A DNA stretch of 64,000 bases from Chloroflexota bacterium (lineage in GTDB: Archaea > Iainarchaeota > Iainarchaeia > Iainarchaeales > GCA-2688035), in contig JAFCCG010000001.1 of the NCBI GenBank assembly GCA_017610335.1, positions 13,869 through 77,868 on the forward strand. Reading direction: 5' to 3'. Below the pieces are notes generated by a model that was not told where the DNA came from, made no database searches, and saw only the letters and a program-made list of their open reading frames with translations. Position numbers and translations under genes: made by a program. The stretch's first letter is position 1. Every line of letters begins with the position of its first letter. Shown in pieces: positions 9,516 to 18,497 of the stretch.

Positions 9516-10646
9516 TTACCCCGTGAAATCTATTCCCAAATCAATCGGCTCTGACAAGTCAATTTTGTCAAGATCCTGCAAATATGGGAATTTTCCGCCT
9601 GCAATAACAACCATTGCCTGAATCTGATTTCTTGGCAAATTATCGTCAATCATTGCACCCCAAATGATATGGGCATCTACACTTATCTTGCTTGAAACTG
9701 TTTCAACAATCATTTCAGCTTCTCTCAAAGTCATATCTGCTCCGCCGATTACGTTAACCAAAGCCCTATTGGCTCCACTAATATCAACATCAAGCAAAGG
9801 ACTTGTTAAAGCATTTTCAACAGCTTCCAAAGCACGGGCTTCTCCTTTTTCGTCAGTATGAGATTCACCCAATCCAATCATTGCTGCGCCGCCCCTGCTT
9901 AAAATTGTTCTAAGATCAGCATAATCTAAATTAATCAACCCTGGCTTTGTAACCATTTCAGTAATTCCTTTTACTGCATTGGTCAAAACCTCATCCGCGA
10001 CCTTAAAGGCAGCGTTCACAGGCAAATCAGGAGCAATCTCCAAAATTTTATCGTTTGGAATTACAATTACTGTATCAGTGTGCTTTCTTAAAGCAGCTAA
10101 TCCAGTCAAAGCATTTTCCATCCTCTTTCTTCCTTCAACAGTAAAAGGAATTGTTACCACACCAATTGTCAAAGCTTTCATTGACTTGCCTAATTCTGCA
10201 ATAAAAGGAGCAGCACCTGTTCCTGTTCCACCACCCATTCCACAGGTAATAAAAAGAAGGTCTGAATCATGTAAAATTTCTTCAAGCTCTTCAAGAGATT
10301 CTCTTGCAGCACTCTCTCCAACACTTGGGTCAGAACCGGAACCAAGACCTCTTGTCAACTGTCTTCCAATCAAAAGCTTTTTGTCAGCAATAGCATTCAA
10401 CAAATCCTGTGCATCAGTATTAACAGCAAATGTTTCAGCACCGGTAATTCCTACTTCAGTCATTCTTTCAATAGTATTACATCCGCCACCGCCAACTCCT
10501 ACAACACGAATTTTTGCTTTAGCAGTTTCAAGTAATTTAATAAGATCTTCATTATCATGCGTTGCTTTAATTTTTCTCTTACCTTTAACAGGTTCTTTTT
10601 TTGCACGCCTGATAGCTTTCTTTACCACACTTTCCAAATAAGGCAC
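9516..10646 (-). CDS. ftsZ: Cell division protein FtsZ
   Basis: VVGVGGGGCN, NTDAQDL, GMGGGTGTGAAP and INLDYAD motifs; GTG start. Confidence 0.98.
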   Translation of the reverse strand: MPYLESVVKKAIRRAKKEPVKGKRKIKATHDNEDLIKLLETAKAKIRVVGVGGGGCNTIERMTEVGITGAETFAVNTDAQDLLNAIADKKLLIGRQLTRGLGSGSDPSVGESAARESLEELEEILHDSDLLFITCGMGGGTGTGAAPFIAELGKSMKALTIGVVTIPFTVEGRKRMENALTGLAALRKHTDTVIVIPNDKILEIAPDLPVNAAFKVADEVLTNAVKGITEMVTKPGLINLDYADLRTILSRGGAAMIGLGESHTDEKGEARALEAVENALTSPLLDVDISGANRALVNVIGGADMTLREAEMIVETVSSKISVDAHIIWGAMIDDNLPRNQIQAMVVIAGGKFPYLQDLDKIDLSEPIDLGIDFTG

Positions 10647-10765
10647 CCCCGAATTATAAGACTAAGAATAATTCTTATTGAAAACAAATTTAAAGCAATT
10701 GTCTACGAATTAAACATAATAAAAGCAAATATACATAATTGCTTTTTTGAGAAAAATTAGAAAAA

Positions 10766-10881
10766 AAAGCAATTACTACACCAACAAAGCAATTACTACA
10801 CCAACAAAGCAATTACTACACCAACAAAGCAATTACTACACCAACAAAGCAATTACTACACCAACAAAGCAATTACTACAC
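10766..10881. repeat. Perfect tandem repeat, 20-bp unit AAAGCAATTACTACACCAAC x5.8
   Basis: Five identical units plus 16 nt, with no spacers; the last partial unit contains the stop codon of the 10876..11298 gene. Confidence 0.97.
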
Positions 10882-11298
10882 TGGCTCTACACATTTTCCG
10901 CTTTCACAAACAGGCTCTTTTGGCATAGGGCATTCATACTCGCAAAAATCACACTCTGCATTGAACAAATCAACCAACTCTCTCAAAGGATTTAAGTCAA
11001 AACCTTTGTTCACATAGGATTCACATCCAAAAGGGCAGCCTAAAGATATGGCAATGCAATCAGAATCTGTTTCACAAAAATTGCCCTGTTCAATCAAATC
11101 ATTTATGCCAGACTCTTGCTGATTACACAAAGCAGGTTCTTGCTTTATTGGAAGTTCAAAAGACCCTGAATAGAAAACAGGAGGGGGTGTTGCAATAACC
11201 TCATAAATTGCAATACTTGAAACAATTATGGTAAAAATCCAGCAAAATGCAACAAACCTTTTGTCCATTCTTATAAGAGATTTCTTTTCTTTTGTCAC
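10876..11298 (-). CDS. Membrane-anchored cysteine-rich surface protein
   Basis: N-terminal TM helix; C-terminal CETDSDC...GCPFGC...CDFCEYEC...CESGKC. Alternative start ATG 11268. Confidence 0.75.
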   Translation of the reverse strand: MTKEKKSLIRMDKRFVAFCWIFTIIVSSIAIYEVIATPPPVFYSGSFELPIKQEPALCNQQESGINDLIEQGNFCETDSDCIAISLGCPFGCESYVNKGFDLNPLRELVDLFNAECDFCEYECPMPKEPVCESGKCVEPV

Positions 11299-11390
11299 TC
11301 AAACTACTAATAGTTTATTCTTTTATTTAAAACTTACTGTAAGCCCAAAAAAAGCCTTTTTTGATTCAGCTAAAAAAATCTTTTTTTGAT

Positions 11391-11873
11391 TCATCCGAAA
11401 ACAGAGGCAATCCATACACCTGCAAAATAAGCAAGAATAAGTACAACAATTGCAATAAACAAATGCTCTGCTACAACCTTTACAGGATTTTCATTTTGTG
11501 ATTTGGCAATCCAGAAACTAAACACAGCGATTAGTAAAAGACCAAATATAATACTTACAATTATTGCGGTTTGAAGATCAAGCAATAAAACAGGGATAAG
11601 AAAAATTATTGCAAAAAAAAACTTTGCACCCAAAGTTGAAAAAGTTGAAGCCCAAATATCCCTTGTACTTTCACCACCAGTTGATTCCTGTGAAATATGC
11701 ATTGCAAACGCATCAGACAAAGCATCAACAATTGCAATAGTGATAACACCGCCAATAACAGCAATCCGCAAATTGGTTCCTGAAAACAATCCAACCATTA
11801 ATCCAATAGTGGTAATAATGCTTGAAGTTAATCCAAACCCAATGCCTGACCTTATATGATCCTTGAACTTCAT
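11391..11873 (-). CDS. VIT1/CCC1 family membrane transporter
   Basis: GFGLTSSIITTIGLMVG and DALSDAFAMHISQE motifs; about 5 TM helices. Confidence 0.85.
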   Translation of the reverse strand: MKFKDHIRSGIGFGLTSSIITTIGLMVGLFSGTNLRIAVIGGVITIAIVDALSDAFAMHISQESTGGESTRDIWASTFSTLGAKFFFAIIFLIPVLLLDLQTAIIVSIIFGLLLIAVFSFWIAKSQNENPVKVVAEHLFIAIVVLILAYFAGVWIASVFG

Positions 11874-11932
11874 TTGGAATAATAAAACGCCCAATACTTT
11901 TAAGCCTTTGCAACGGCAAAAAAAAACCAACC

Positions 11933-12022
11933 AAAACCATTTTATTTAACCTGCAACCTAATTCTTTTATGGCAGGCAAATGGCCAAAAGGCACAAACGT
12001 TGTGGCAATCGTTCCGGCATAC
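11933..12022 (+). repeat. 90-bp perfect direct repeat, copy 1 (upstream region plus first 18 codons of GT2 paralog 1)
   Basis: Identical to 12975-13064. Confidence 0.95.
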
Positions 12023-12799
12023 AACGAGGCAAGGAGAATTGCAAATGCCGTAAGGCAACTAAGACAAAGAAAGGAAGAGGGCCTCATTCAAGAAATAATC
12101 GTTGTCGACGACGGAAGCAAGGACAAGACAGCCGAGACTGCAAAAAAGGCAGGAGCAGACAAGGTGATAAGCCTGCGCTCAAACAAGGGAAAGGCAATGG
12201 CATTTGCAACAGGCGTGAGAGATACGGCAAAACGCTACAACCATCAAAAAACGATTGTGCTAACCCTTGATGCCGACCTGAAAGAAATCAAGGCAAGCCA
12301 AATTGAAATGATGATAGAGCCGTTTATGGGGCGGAGAAAAGCAAACAAAGAACTCAACATGATAAGTGGCAAAGTCGGGGTGATTTCCCGACAGTACCTT
12401 GGCCAAAGGGCGATAAGGCTTAAAGCATTGGGCGGCCTGATTAGAAACACAAAGCTGTGGAAAAGACTTGTGAAAACAGGTTATGGCTTGGAGCAAGCAC
12501 TGGACTATATAATAAAAAACAAGGATGTTGTATATACAAATTTTGAAATCAGCAGAAGCCCGCGTTTAGGAAAACGGGGTCACGCAGAAATATGGGCCAC
12601 AGAAACCTACCTAAAAAGCCGAAAAGATAACGCAGAACTCCTCAGATTCCGAAGGACGAAGTTAGAGGAATTTTCACAAGCCAGGAAAAAGAAGCTTAGG
12701 CGAGAGGCACTGGATTTTACCAGGAAAGTAGACAAAAAATACTGGAAAGGGACAATAAGACAAATAAACGCTGTGCGAAAACAGACAAGAAGAAAGTAA
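11969..12799 (+). CDS. GT2-family glycosyltransferase-like protein with Arg/Lys-rich C-terminus (paralog 1)
   Basis: IVPAYNE, VVDDGSKD, NKGKA, LDADL and GQRAI motifs. Confidence 0.85.
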   Translation: MAGKWPKGTNVVAIVPAYNEARRIANAVRQLRQRKEEGLIQEIIVVDDGSKDKTAETAKKAGADKVISLRSNKGKAMAFATGVRDTAKRYNHQKTIVLTLDADLKEIKASQIEMMIEPFMGRRKANKELNMISGKVGVISRQYLGQRAIRLKALGGLIRNTKLWKRLVKTGYGLEQALDYIIKNKDVVYTNFEISRSPRLGKRGHAEIWATETYLKSRKDNAELLRFRRTKLEEFSQARKKKLRREALDFTRKVDKKYWKGTIRQINAVRKQTRRK

Positions 12800-12826
12800 A
12801 AATCAAGCGATTGAATTGTTCAAGCC

Positions 12827-12907
12827 TTATATCACATAAATCATCATAGTATAGGCGGCAATTGCAAGGGCAAAAATCCAGCACAGTGCCAAAAACTTTT
12901 TGTTCAT
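12827..12907 (-). pseudogene. 26-codon remnant or paralog of the N-terminus of the Cys-rich membrane protein
   Basis: MNKKFLALCWIFALAIAAYTMMIYVI* versus MDKRFVAFCWIFTIIVSSIAIYEVI (from 11268); first 39 nt about 80% identical. Confidence 0.65.
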
Positions 12908-12974
12908 CTCTATATAGGTTAAATCAAAGCAATTCTAATATTTTAAAGCTTTTTAACGGGCAAAAAGGCAAAAG

Positions 12975-13064
12975 AAAACCATTTTATTTAACCTGCAACC
13001 TAATTCTTTTATGGCAGGCAAATGGCCAAAAGGCACAAACGTTGTGGCAATCGTTCCGGCATAC
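12975..13064 (+). repeat. 90-bp perfect direct repeat, copy 2
   Basis: Identical to 11933-12022. Confidence 0.95.
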
Positions 13065-13889
13065 CATGAAACAAAGTTCATTGAAAACATTGTAAGGGAA
13101 TTAAAAGAACAAAAATCAGGCGGCCTTATTCAAGAAATTATTGTAGTAGACGATGGAAGCACTGACAAAACAGCAGAGATTGCAAAAAAAGCCGGGGCAG
13201 ACAAAGTCATAAGATTAGAAAAAAACAGGGGTAAAATGGCAGCATTTGCCAAAGGCCTTAAATATGTTGAAAATAAATATGCTCCAAGGAAAGGCTTTCA
13301 AAGCGAGAAAGCAAGGCTCAAAAAAATGGATTCAACAATAGTGCTAAGCATTGACGCAGATTTGAAGGAAGTAACAAAAAGGCAGGTAATCCAGCTTGCC
13401 AAGCCAATTGTAAAAAGCAGAAAAATTGATATGGTTATAGGCAACACAGGCGGCCTGACTGAACTAAGCGGGCAGAGAGCAGTAAGGCTGAGAGCACTTG
13501 GTGGACTACTCAGGCAAACAATAATGTGGAGAACACAGCAGGAAACAGGATACTTTCAGGAAATTGCCCTGAACCGCTTGATGAAGGGAAGAACCAAGAA
13601 TGCCAAAACAGATTTTAGGGAACAAAAGGCAGGTTCTGAAAGGTACTCGAGTGCAAGGCAAATCAAGCTTGTATCAGAATGGAATGCCGGAAAAAGATAT
13701 TTGGACTGGAGAAAGAAAGATTCCAAAAAAATCAGAAAAGAGAGGAAAATGCTTGCACTGCAATGCCTGGAAAAAAGGCAAAGGCATAGAAAGACAAGTG
13801 AGATTCTGGAAAGGCACAGGCAATATGAAAAACATGTGGCAGAAAAGGCACTAAGGCAAATGAGGAGAAAACTAAGAATAATAAAGTAA
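13011..13889 (+). CDS. GT2-family glycosyltransferase-like protein with Arg/Lys-rich C-terminus (paralog 2)
   Basis: IVPAYHE, VVDDGSTD, IDADL and SGQRAV motifs. Confidence 0.85.
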   Translation: MAGKWPKGTNVVAIVPAYHETKFIENIVRELKEQKSGGLIQEIIVVDDGSTDKTAEIAKKAGADKVIRLEKNRGKMAAFAKGLKYVENKYAPRKGFQSEKARLKKMDSTIVLSIDADLKEVTKRQVIQLAKPIVKSRKIDMVIGNTGGLTELSGQRAVRLRALGGLLRQTIMWRTQQETGYFQEIALNRLMKGRTKNAKTDFREQKAGSERYSSARQIKLVSEWNAGKRYLDWRKKDSKKIRKERKMLALQCLEKRQRHRKTSEILERHRQYEKHVAEKALRQMRRKLRIIK

Positions 13890-13935
13890 CCAAAAGATAG
13901 AAAAAGGAGTTTCAACTTATCATTAGCGAAACAAC

Positions 13936-14895
13936 ATGGCATCAAAATCTTTTGACAAAACCATAAAAAACATTAAGACCTTAAAAATCCAGGGCAGCAG
14001 CAAAGTAAGAAAAGCCACTGTTGCAGCCCTAAAACAAAGTGTTGCAAAAAGCCTAGCAAAAACACTTCCTGCTTTTAGGCGCGAACTTCAAAGACACTGC
14101 CTTACCCTTTTAAAAACAAGACCAACAGAACCCGAGACAAGAACCGCGATTAGGATAATTCTCAAAGCAGCTTCTTTACACAGCAGAAATTTGCAGGAAG
14201 TAAAAGAAAACACAATTCAAACCATTGAACAATATGAAACAAATAGGAAAGAGGCAATGGAAAAAATCGCATTATATGGAAGTAGACTAATAGAAAAAGA
14301 CGATACAATAATGACCCACTGCCATTCCCACACAGTTGAAGAAATTTTAAAAAAGGCAAAGAAAAAAATCAAGATGGTTTACTGTACAGAAACAAGACCT
14401 ATGTTCCAGGGTCACATTACCGCAACCAATCTTGCAAAAGCAGGAATTCCAGTAACCCTAATTGTTGATTCTGCAGCAGACAAATATATGCATCCTGTTG
14501 ACAAGGTATTTGTCGGATGCGACGCAGTATTAAGCAACGGCAGCATTGTAAACAAGATTGGCACAGCCCATATTGCACACGCTGCCAAAAAGCACCACAA
14601 CCCCTTCTTTGCATGCACCTCATCCCACTGCTTTGACCCTGCAACATATTTTGGCTTTGAAGAAGAAATAGAGGAAAGGGACATTGACGAAGTCTGGAAA
14701 GAAAAGCCAAAAAAGGTGAAAATTAAGAATCCTGCTTTTGACATTGTTGATGCATTCTACGTGCATGCAATCGTTTCCGAAATAGGCGTTTTTGATTCGG
14801 AAAACTTTGCTTTGGAAATGTACAACCTTTTAGAGCTTGGAACAAGGCAGGAACCATTTATTGGGCTACTTGACACATTGAGGAAGAAAAAGTGA
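13936..14895 (+). CDS. Ribose-1,5-bisphosphate isomerase (eIF-2B-like family)
   Basis: LKIQG, TRPTEP, MTHCHS, TETRP, GCDAV, NKIGT and NPAFD motifs; AMP phosphorylase lies nearby. Confidence 0.85.
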   Translation: MASKSFDKTIKNIKTLKIQGSSKVRKATVAALKQSVAKSLAKTLPAFRRELQRHCLTLLKTRPTEPETRTAIRIILKAASLHSRNLQEVKENTIQTIEQYETNRKEAMEKIALYGSRLIEKDDTIMTHCHSHTVEEILKKAKKKIKMVYCTETRPMFQGHITATNLAKAGIPVTLIVDSAADKYMHPVDKVFVGCDAVLSNGSIVNKIGTAHIAHAAKKHHNPFFACTSSHCFDPATYFGFEEEIEERDIDEVWKEKPKKVKIKNPAFDIVDAFYVHAIVSEIGVFDSENFALEMYNLLELGTRQEPFIGLLDTLRKKK

Positions 14896-14901
14896 AAAAA
14901 A

Positions 14902-14961
14902 ATGGCAAAAAAGAAGCTAAAAGCATTGGTTGTTGACGATGATATATTGAAAAAGCACTAA
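14902..14961 (+). pseudogene. 19-codon remnant resembling a response-regulator receiver N-terminus
   Basis: MAKKKLKALVVDDDILKKH*; starts 7 nt after the upstream stop. Confidence 0.45.
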
Positions 14962-15008
14962 ATTTAAATAACAAACATTTAAATATAACTTGCTATAATA
15001 CTTTATAA

Positions 15009-15263
15009 GTGATTATAGTGTCTGTTACTACAACCGTGCAAGTTTCCACCAAACTCAAAAAAGAGCTTGATGGATTTAAGGAACATGAACGTGAAACCTA
15101 TGCCGAGGTAATTAAAAAACTTGTTGAAAAAGCTAAAGAGAGCGAAGAAGCCGAACTGGAATTGAGCGAAGAAACATTGAAAAGCGCACTAGAAGCAAAA
15201 GAAGACATCAGAAAAGGCAGGATTTACAACACCAAACAGCTAAAGAAAGAATTGGGTCTTTAG
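15009..15263 (+). CDS. Antitoxin of a RelE-type TA pair
   Basis: TTVQVS...ETYAEVIKKL and acidic C-terminus EAKEDIRKGR...ELGL; abuts the relE gene. Confidence 0.8.
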   Translation: MIIVSVTTTVQVSTKLKKELDGFKEHERETYAEVIKKLVEKAKESEEAELELSEETLKSALEAKEDIRKGRIYNTKQLKKELGL

Positions 15264-15521
15264 ATGGTTTTTCAGGTAATTTGGACCAACCGCTCTAAAA
15301 AAGACCTCAAATTAATTGACAAACAAACTGCTTTAAGAATAATCCAAAAAGTAGATGAACTTGGAAAGAAAGATATTGTATTCTTGGAAAAAGTAAAAGG
15401 AACCAAATACCAAAAATTCAGAGTTGGGAGTTACCGAATATTAATAGAAAAATTTCCTGCAACAAAAAAGCTGTTTATGCTTAAGGTCGAACACAGGAAA
15501 AAATTCTACAAAAACATTTAA
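15264..15521 (+). CDS. relE: RelE/ParE-family toxin
   Basis: FQVIWTNRSKKDLK, KFRVGSYRIL and VEHRKKFY motifs. Confidence 0.9.
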   Translation: MVFQVIWTNRSKKDLKLIDKQTALRIIQKVDELGKKDIVFLEKVKGTKYQKFRVGSYRILIEKFPATKKLFMLKVEHRKKFYKNI

Positions 15522-16180
15522 CTAAAATGCAATCCAAATTCTTTTTTTATACACTTGATGTTTTCCACAGGATTACCATATCCAAAAACAGCACTGCCCA
15601 TTACTAAAACATCTGCACCTGCTTCAAGAACTTTTCCGGCTGTTTGAGCATTGATTCCGCCATCAACTTCAATTAAGGTTTCAAGCTTTTCTGCATCAAT
15701 TTTTTTCCTAAGCAATTTAATCTTTTCAAGACTTTTTGGAATAAAACTTTGACCACCAAAACCCGCTTCAATACTCATAACCAGTGCAAGGTCAAGCTCG
15801 CTTAAAAAGGGAAGAATAGTATCAACTGAAATTTTATTATTTAATACCATCCCAACGTCGCATCCAAGTGCCTTGATTTTTTTGACTGCATCCATTGGAT
15901 TTTGTACTGTTTCAGGATGAAAGCAGATTAAGTCACTTCCTGCTTTTGCAAATCTTTCAAAATATCTGTCAGGCTTGTCAATCATCAAATGGGTATCCAA
16001 AAACATTTTTGTCTTGTTTCTTATAGATTTTACCACAGAAAATCCAAAAGTAATGTTTGGAACATAATGACCATCCATTACGTCAAGATGAAGCCAATCA
16101 GTTTCTTTTTCAATACCTGGCAAATACTTTGCCAAATCAATAATGCCAGATGAGAGAATTGATGGAGCAATTTTTTTCAT
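15518..16180 (-). CDS. rpe: Ribulose-phosphate 3-epimerase
   Basis: IAPSILS, HLDVMDGHYVPNITFG, DTHLM, GFGGQ and VDGGIN motifs. Confidence 0.96.
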   Translation of the reverse strand: MKKIAPSILSSGIIDLAKYLPGIEKETDWLHLDVMDGHYVPNITFGFSVVKSIRNKTKMFLDTHLMIDKPDRYFERFAKAGSDLICFHPETVQNPMDAVKKIKALGCDVGMVLNNKISVDTILPFLSELDLALVMSIEAGFGGQSFIPKSLEKIKLLRKKIDAEKLETLIEVDGGINAQTAGKVLEAGADVLVMGSAVFGYGNPVENIKCIKKEFGLHFS

Positions 16181-16242
16181 ATAAGATATGGGAAATGCGC
16201 TAAATTTAAATAAACAATCAAATCCAATATTAGCGGGTTTTA

Positions 16243-17154
16243 GTGGACCTAAAAACAAACTTTATTGGCTTAAAAATGCAAAACCCAACTGTTTTGGCTT
16301 CAGGAATTCTTGGAACAAATTCTGCCTTAATGAAACGCGTTTTTGAAGAAGGCGGAGCAGGCGCTGTAACTATGAAAAGCATCGGGCCAGAGGAAAGGAA
16401 CGGCCATGAAAACCCAAGCGTTATAGAATTGGAACATGGCTTGCTTAATGCGGTTGGCTTGCCTTCACCAGGCTTTCAAAACATGGAAGAGGAATGGAAA
16501 GAATTGGAGAAAATAAATTTTCCACTAATTGCAAGCATTTACGGAGCAAACATTGAACAATTTGCAGCAGTTGCAAAAAATGTTGCATTGCACAAACCAG
16601 ATGCAATAGAAGCAAACATCAGCTGTCCTAATACCAAAGAACACGGTCAGATTTTTGGAACAAGCGAAGAGGCTTCACAGGCAATAATTTCTGCAGTAAA
16701 AAAAGAAATTGGAAAAATTCCGCTAATTGCAAAACTTACTCCACAGGCTTCAAACATCGCAGCCATTGCAGCAGGCTGTGAAAAAGCAGGAGCAGATGCT
16801 ATTTGTGCAATCAACACAGTTGCAGGAATGTGCATTGACATTGATGCAAGAAAGCCAATTTTACATAACAAATTTGGCGGCCTAAGCGGTCCGGCAATAA
16901 AGCCAGTTGGCATAAAATGCGTTTACCAAATCTTTGAATCTGTAAAAATCCCGATTCTTGGAATGGGAGGAATTTCAAATGGAAAAGATGCAATTGAATA
17001 CATTCAGGCAGGGGCAACAGCTGTCGGAATAGGAAGCGGCGTTTTCTACCATGGAATCGAAGTATTCAAAAAAGCCTGTGAAGAAATGGAGCACTGGATG
17101 AAAGAAAACAATGTAAAGAGCCTGAAAGAAATAAGGGGAATAGCGCATGGCTAA
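16243..17154 (+). CDS. pyrD: Dihydroorotate dehydrogenase, family 1B catalytic subunit
   Basis: NPTVLASG, NAVGL, NISCPN, KLTP and GGLSGPAIKP motifs. Confidence 0.96.
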   Translation: MDLKTNFIGLKMQNPTVLASGILGTNSALMKRVFEEGGAGAVTMKSIGPEERNGHENPSVIELEHGLLNAVGLPSPGFQNMEEEWKELEKINFPLIASIYGANIEQFAAVAKNVALHKPDAIEANISCPNTKEHGQIFGTSEEASQAIISAVKKEIGKIPLIAKLTPQASNIAAIAAGCEKAGADAICAINTVAGMCIDIDARKPILHNKFGGLSGPAIKPVGIKCVYQIFESVKIPILGMGGISNGKDAIEYIQAGATAVGIGSGVFYHGIEVFKKACEEMEHWMKENNVKSLKEIRGIAHG

Positions 17155-17851
17155 ACGAAAGAGCTTCAACTACCAAAGATACTTAAACCGGCTTAAAAGC
17201 AAAAGGGCCGAAAAAAAGGGCCGGCATATGCGTTCAAGGCTTGCTGCAAAAGAAGCGGCAACCAAAAGGCTGCAGGCAGTTGAAGCAGAAATTGCAAAAC
17301 TGCAATTTCCAAAACTTGCAGAAGAAATCATCCAAATGCATAATGTGCCGGAAACCAAAAACGGCAAAATTCTCCTAAGGCAAGAGCTCAGGACAGGCTT
17401 TCTTAAGGCTTTTGAAAGAAAAGGCGCAAGAAGCGGTACAAGGCTAAAGCTAAAGGAAAAAATTGCATTAAAGCTTGCAAAAGATTCAGCCACGGTCTAC
17501 ACAACACTGTGGAAATACAGAAACAAAAGCATTCCATTAAAGGAAGCCTATGAAATGTACAAGGCAGCTGGAGAAATCATGAAAAAGGCAGGGCTAGAAG
17601 TCAAAGGAGACCCTGAGCTTAAAATAGGTTTTGGCAGAGAAGGAAGAAACCTTGACAGCACAGCAGAACAGCTTAGGATAGATCTTGGCAGAAAAATCAA
17701 CGGAAGCATTAATCCAGGCAACAGAGAAGAGCTTGGCAAAATCGCAGAGCTTGGAGAAAGCCTTGTAGACTGGCTGTATGAGGATTTTCCGGAATTCTCA
17801 CAGGTTGGCTTTCAGATGATTGACAGGACTGTAAATGAAGCGTTTGGGTGA
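17147..17851 (+). CDS. Basic hypothetical protein inside the pyr cluster
   Basis: 234-aa ORF overlapping the pyrD stop; Arg/Lys-rich N-terminus; no recognised motif. Confidence 0.75.
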   Translation: MAKRKSFNYQRYLNRLKSKRAEKKGRHMRSRLAAKEAATKRLQAVEAEIAKLQFPKLAEEIIQMHNVPETKNGKILLRQELRTGFLKAFERKGARSGTRLKLKEKIALKLAKDSATVYTTLWKYRNKSIPLKEAYEMYKAAGEIMKKAGLEVKGDPELKIGFGREGRNLDSTAEQLRIDLGRKINGSINPGNREELGKIAELGESLVDWLYEDFPEFSQVGFQMIDRTVNEAFG

Positions 17852-17858
17852 AAGGGCA

Positions 17859-18497
17859 ATGATTGACACCGTAATACTTGATTGGTCAGGCGTGATAAGT
17901 GACGATTGGAAAGCGACCTTTGCTACTTCAAACGACGTTCTTGAAGAATACGGCCATGAAAGAATAAACATGGAAAAATTCAAGGAATTGTACGAAATGC
18001 CCTGGAAACGTTTTTACAAAAAGCTTGGAATGCAGGTTAACTCCCTTGAAGAATACAACAAGTGGGAAAGGCTTTTTCCAAAACATTACCACTATGTAAA
18101 GGCATTTCCCTTTGCAAAGAAGGCGCTTGAATGGCTAAAAGAGCACAAAAAAAATGTATTAGTGCTTAGCAGCCACAACCAAAGCCTTTTGGAAAAAGAA
18201 ATAATTGATTACGGCTTTAAGGACTTGATTGATTATGTTGACGCCAGCAATGAAGACAAAAGGGAAAAGATAGATTCATTGCTTGAAACCCGCAAGGCGG
18301 AAAGGAAAAACACGCTATATGTGGGAGACATGGTTCACGATGTTGAAACCGCAAACGGTGCCGGAGTAAAAAGCGTTGCAGTCCTCTCAGGATATGATTT
18401 AAAGGAAAAGCTTGAAAGGGCAAAACCTGATTTTATCCTGAATGACTTAGGAGAACTGCCAGGGCTTATTGAAAAGCTGGAAAGTGATTCAAAATGA
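17859..18497 (+). CDS. HAD-family hydrolase (phosphoglycolate phosphatase-like)
   Basis: ILDWSGVISD motif I variant, LSS, YVGDMVHD motif IV; GGTGA SD. Confidence 0.85.
   Translation: MIDTVILDWSGVISDDWKATFATSNDVLEEYGHERINMEKFKELYEMPWKRFYKKLGMQVNSLEEYNKWERLFPKHYHYVKAFPFAKKALEWLKEHKKNVLVLSSHNQSLLEKEIIDYGFKDLIDYVDASNEDKREKIDSLLETRKAERKNTLYVGDMVHDVETANGAGVKSVAVLSGYDLKEKLERAKPDFILNDLGELPGLIEKLESDSK

Noticed and set aside
9979..10641. Long antisense ORFs (here opposite ftsZ; also 18751-19476, 19954-20664, 24722-25435)
   Set aside because: Shadow frames of conserved genes, with Ser/Phe-rich composition and no motifs.
10766..10881. CRISPR array
   Set aside because: Units are contiguous and identical, with no unique spacers and no cas genes.
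10747..10995. 82-aa ORF with repeated peptide
   Set aside because: By-product of the 20-bp tandem repeat; overlaps a better-supported gene on the opposite strand.
14941..15008. Displaced rpe 3'-end copy upstream of the RelE module, as expected from the ftsZ/5S pattern
   Set aside because: The TA is convergent with rpe, but only a weak AT-rich match (ACTAAA...CAAA) is visible, which is not convincing.
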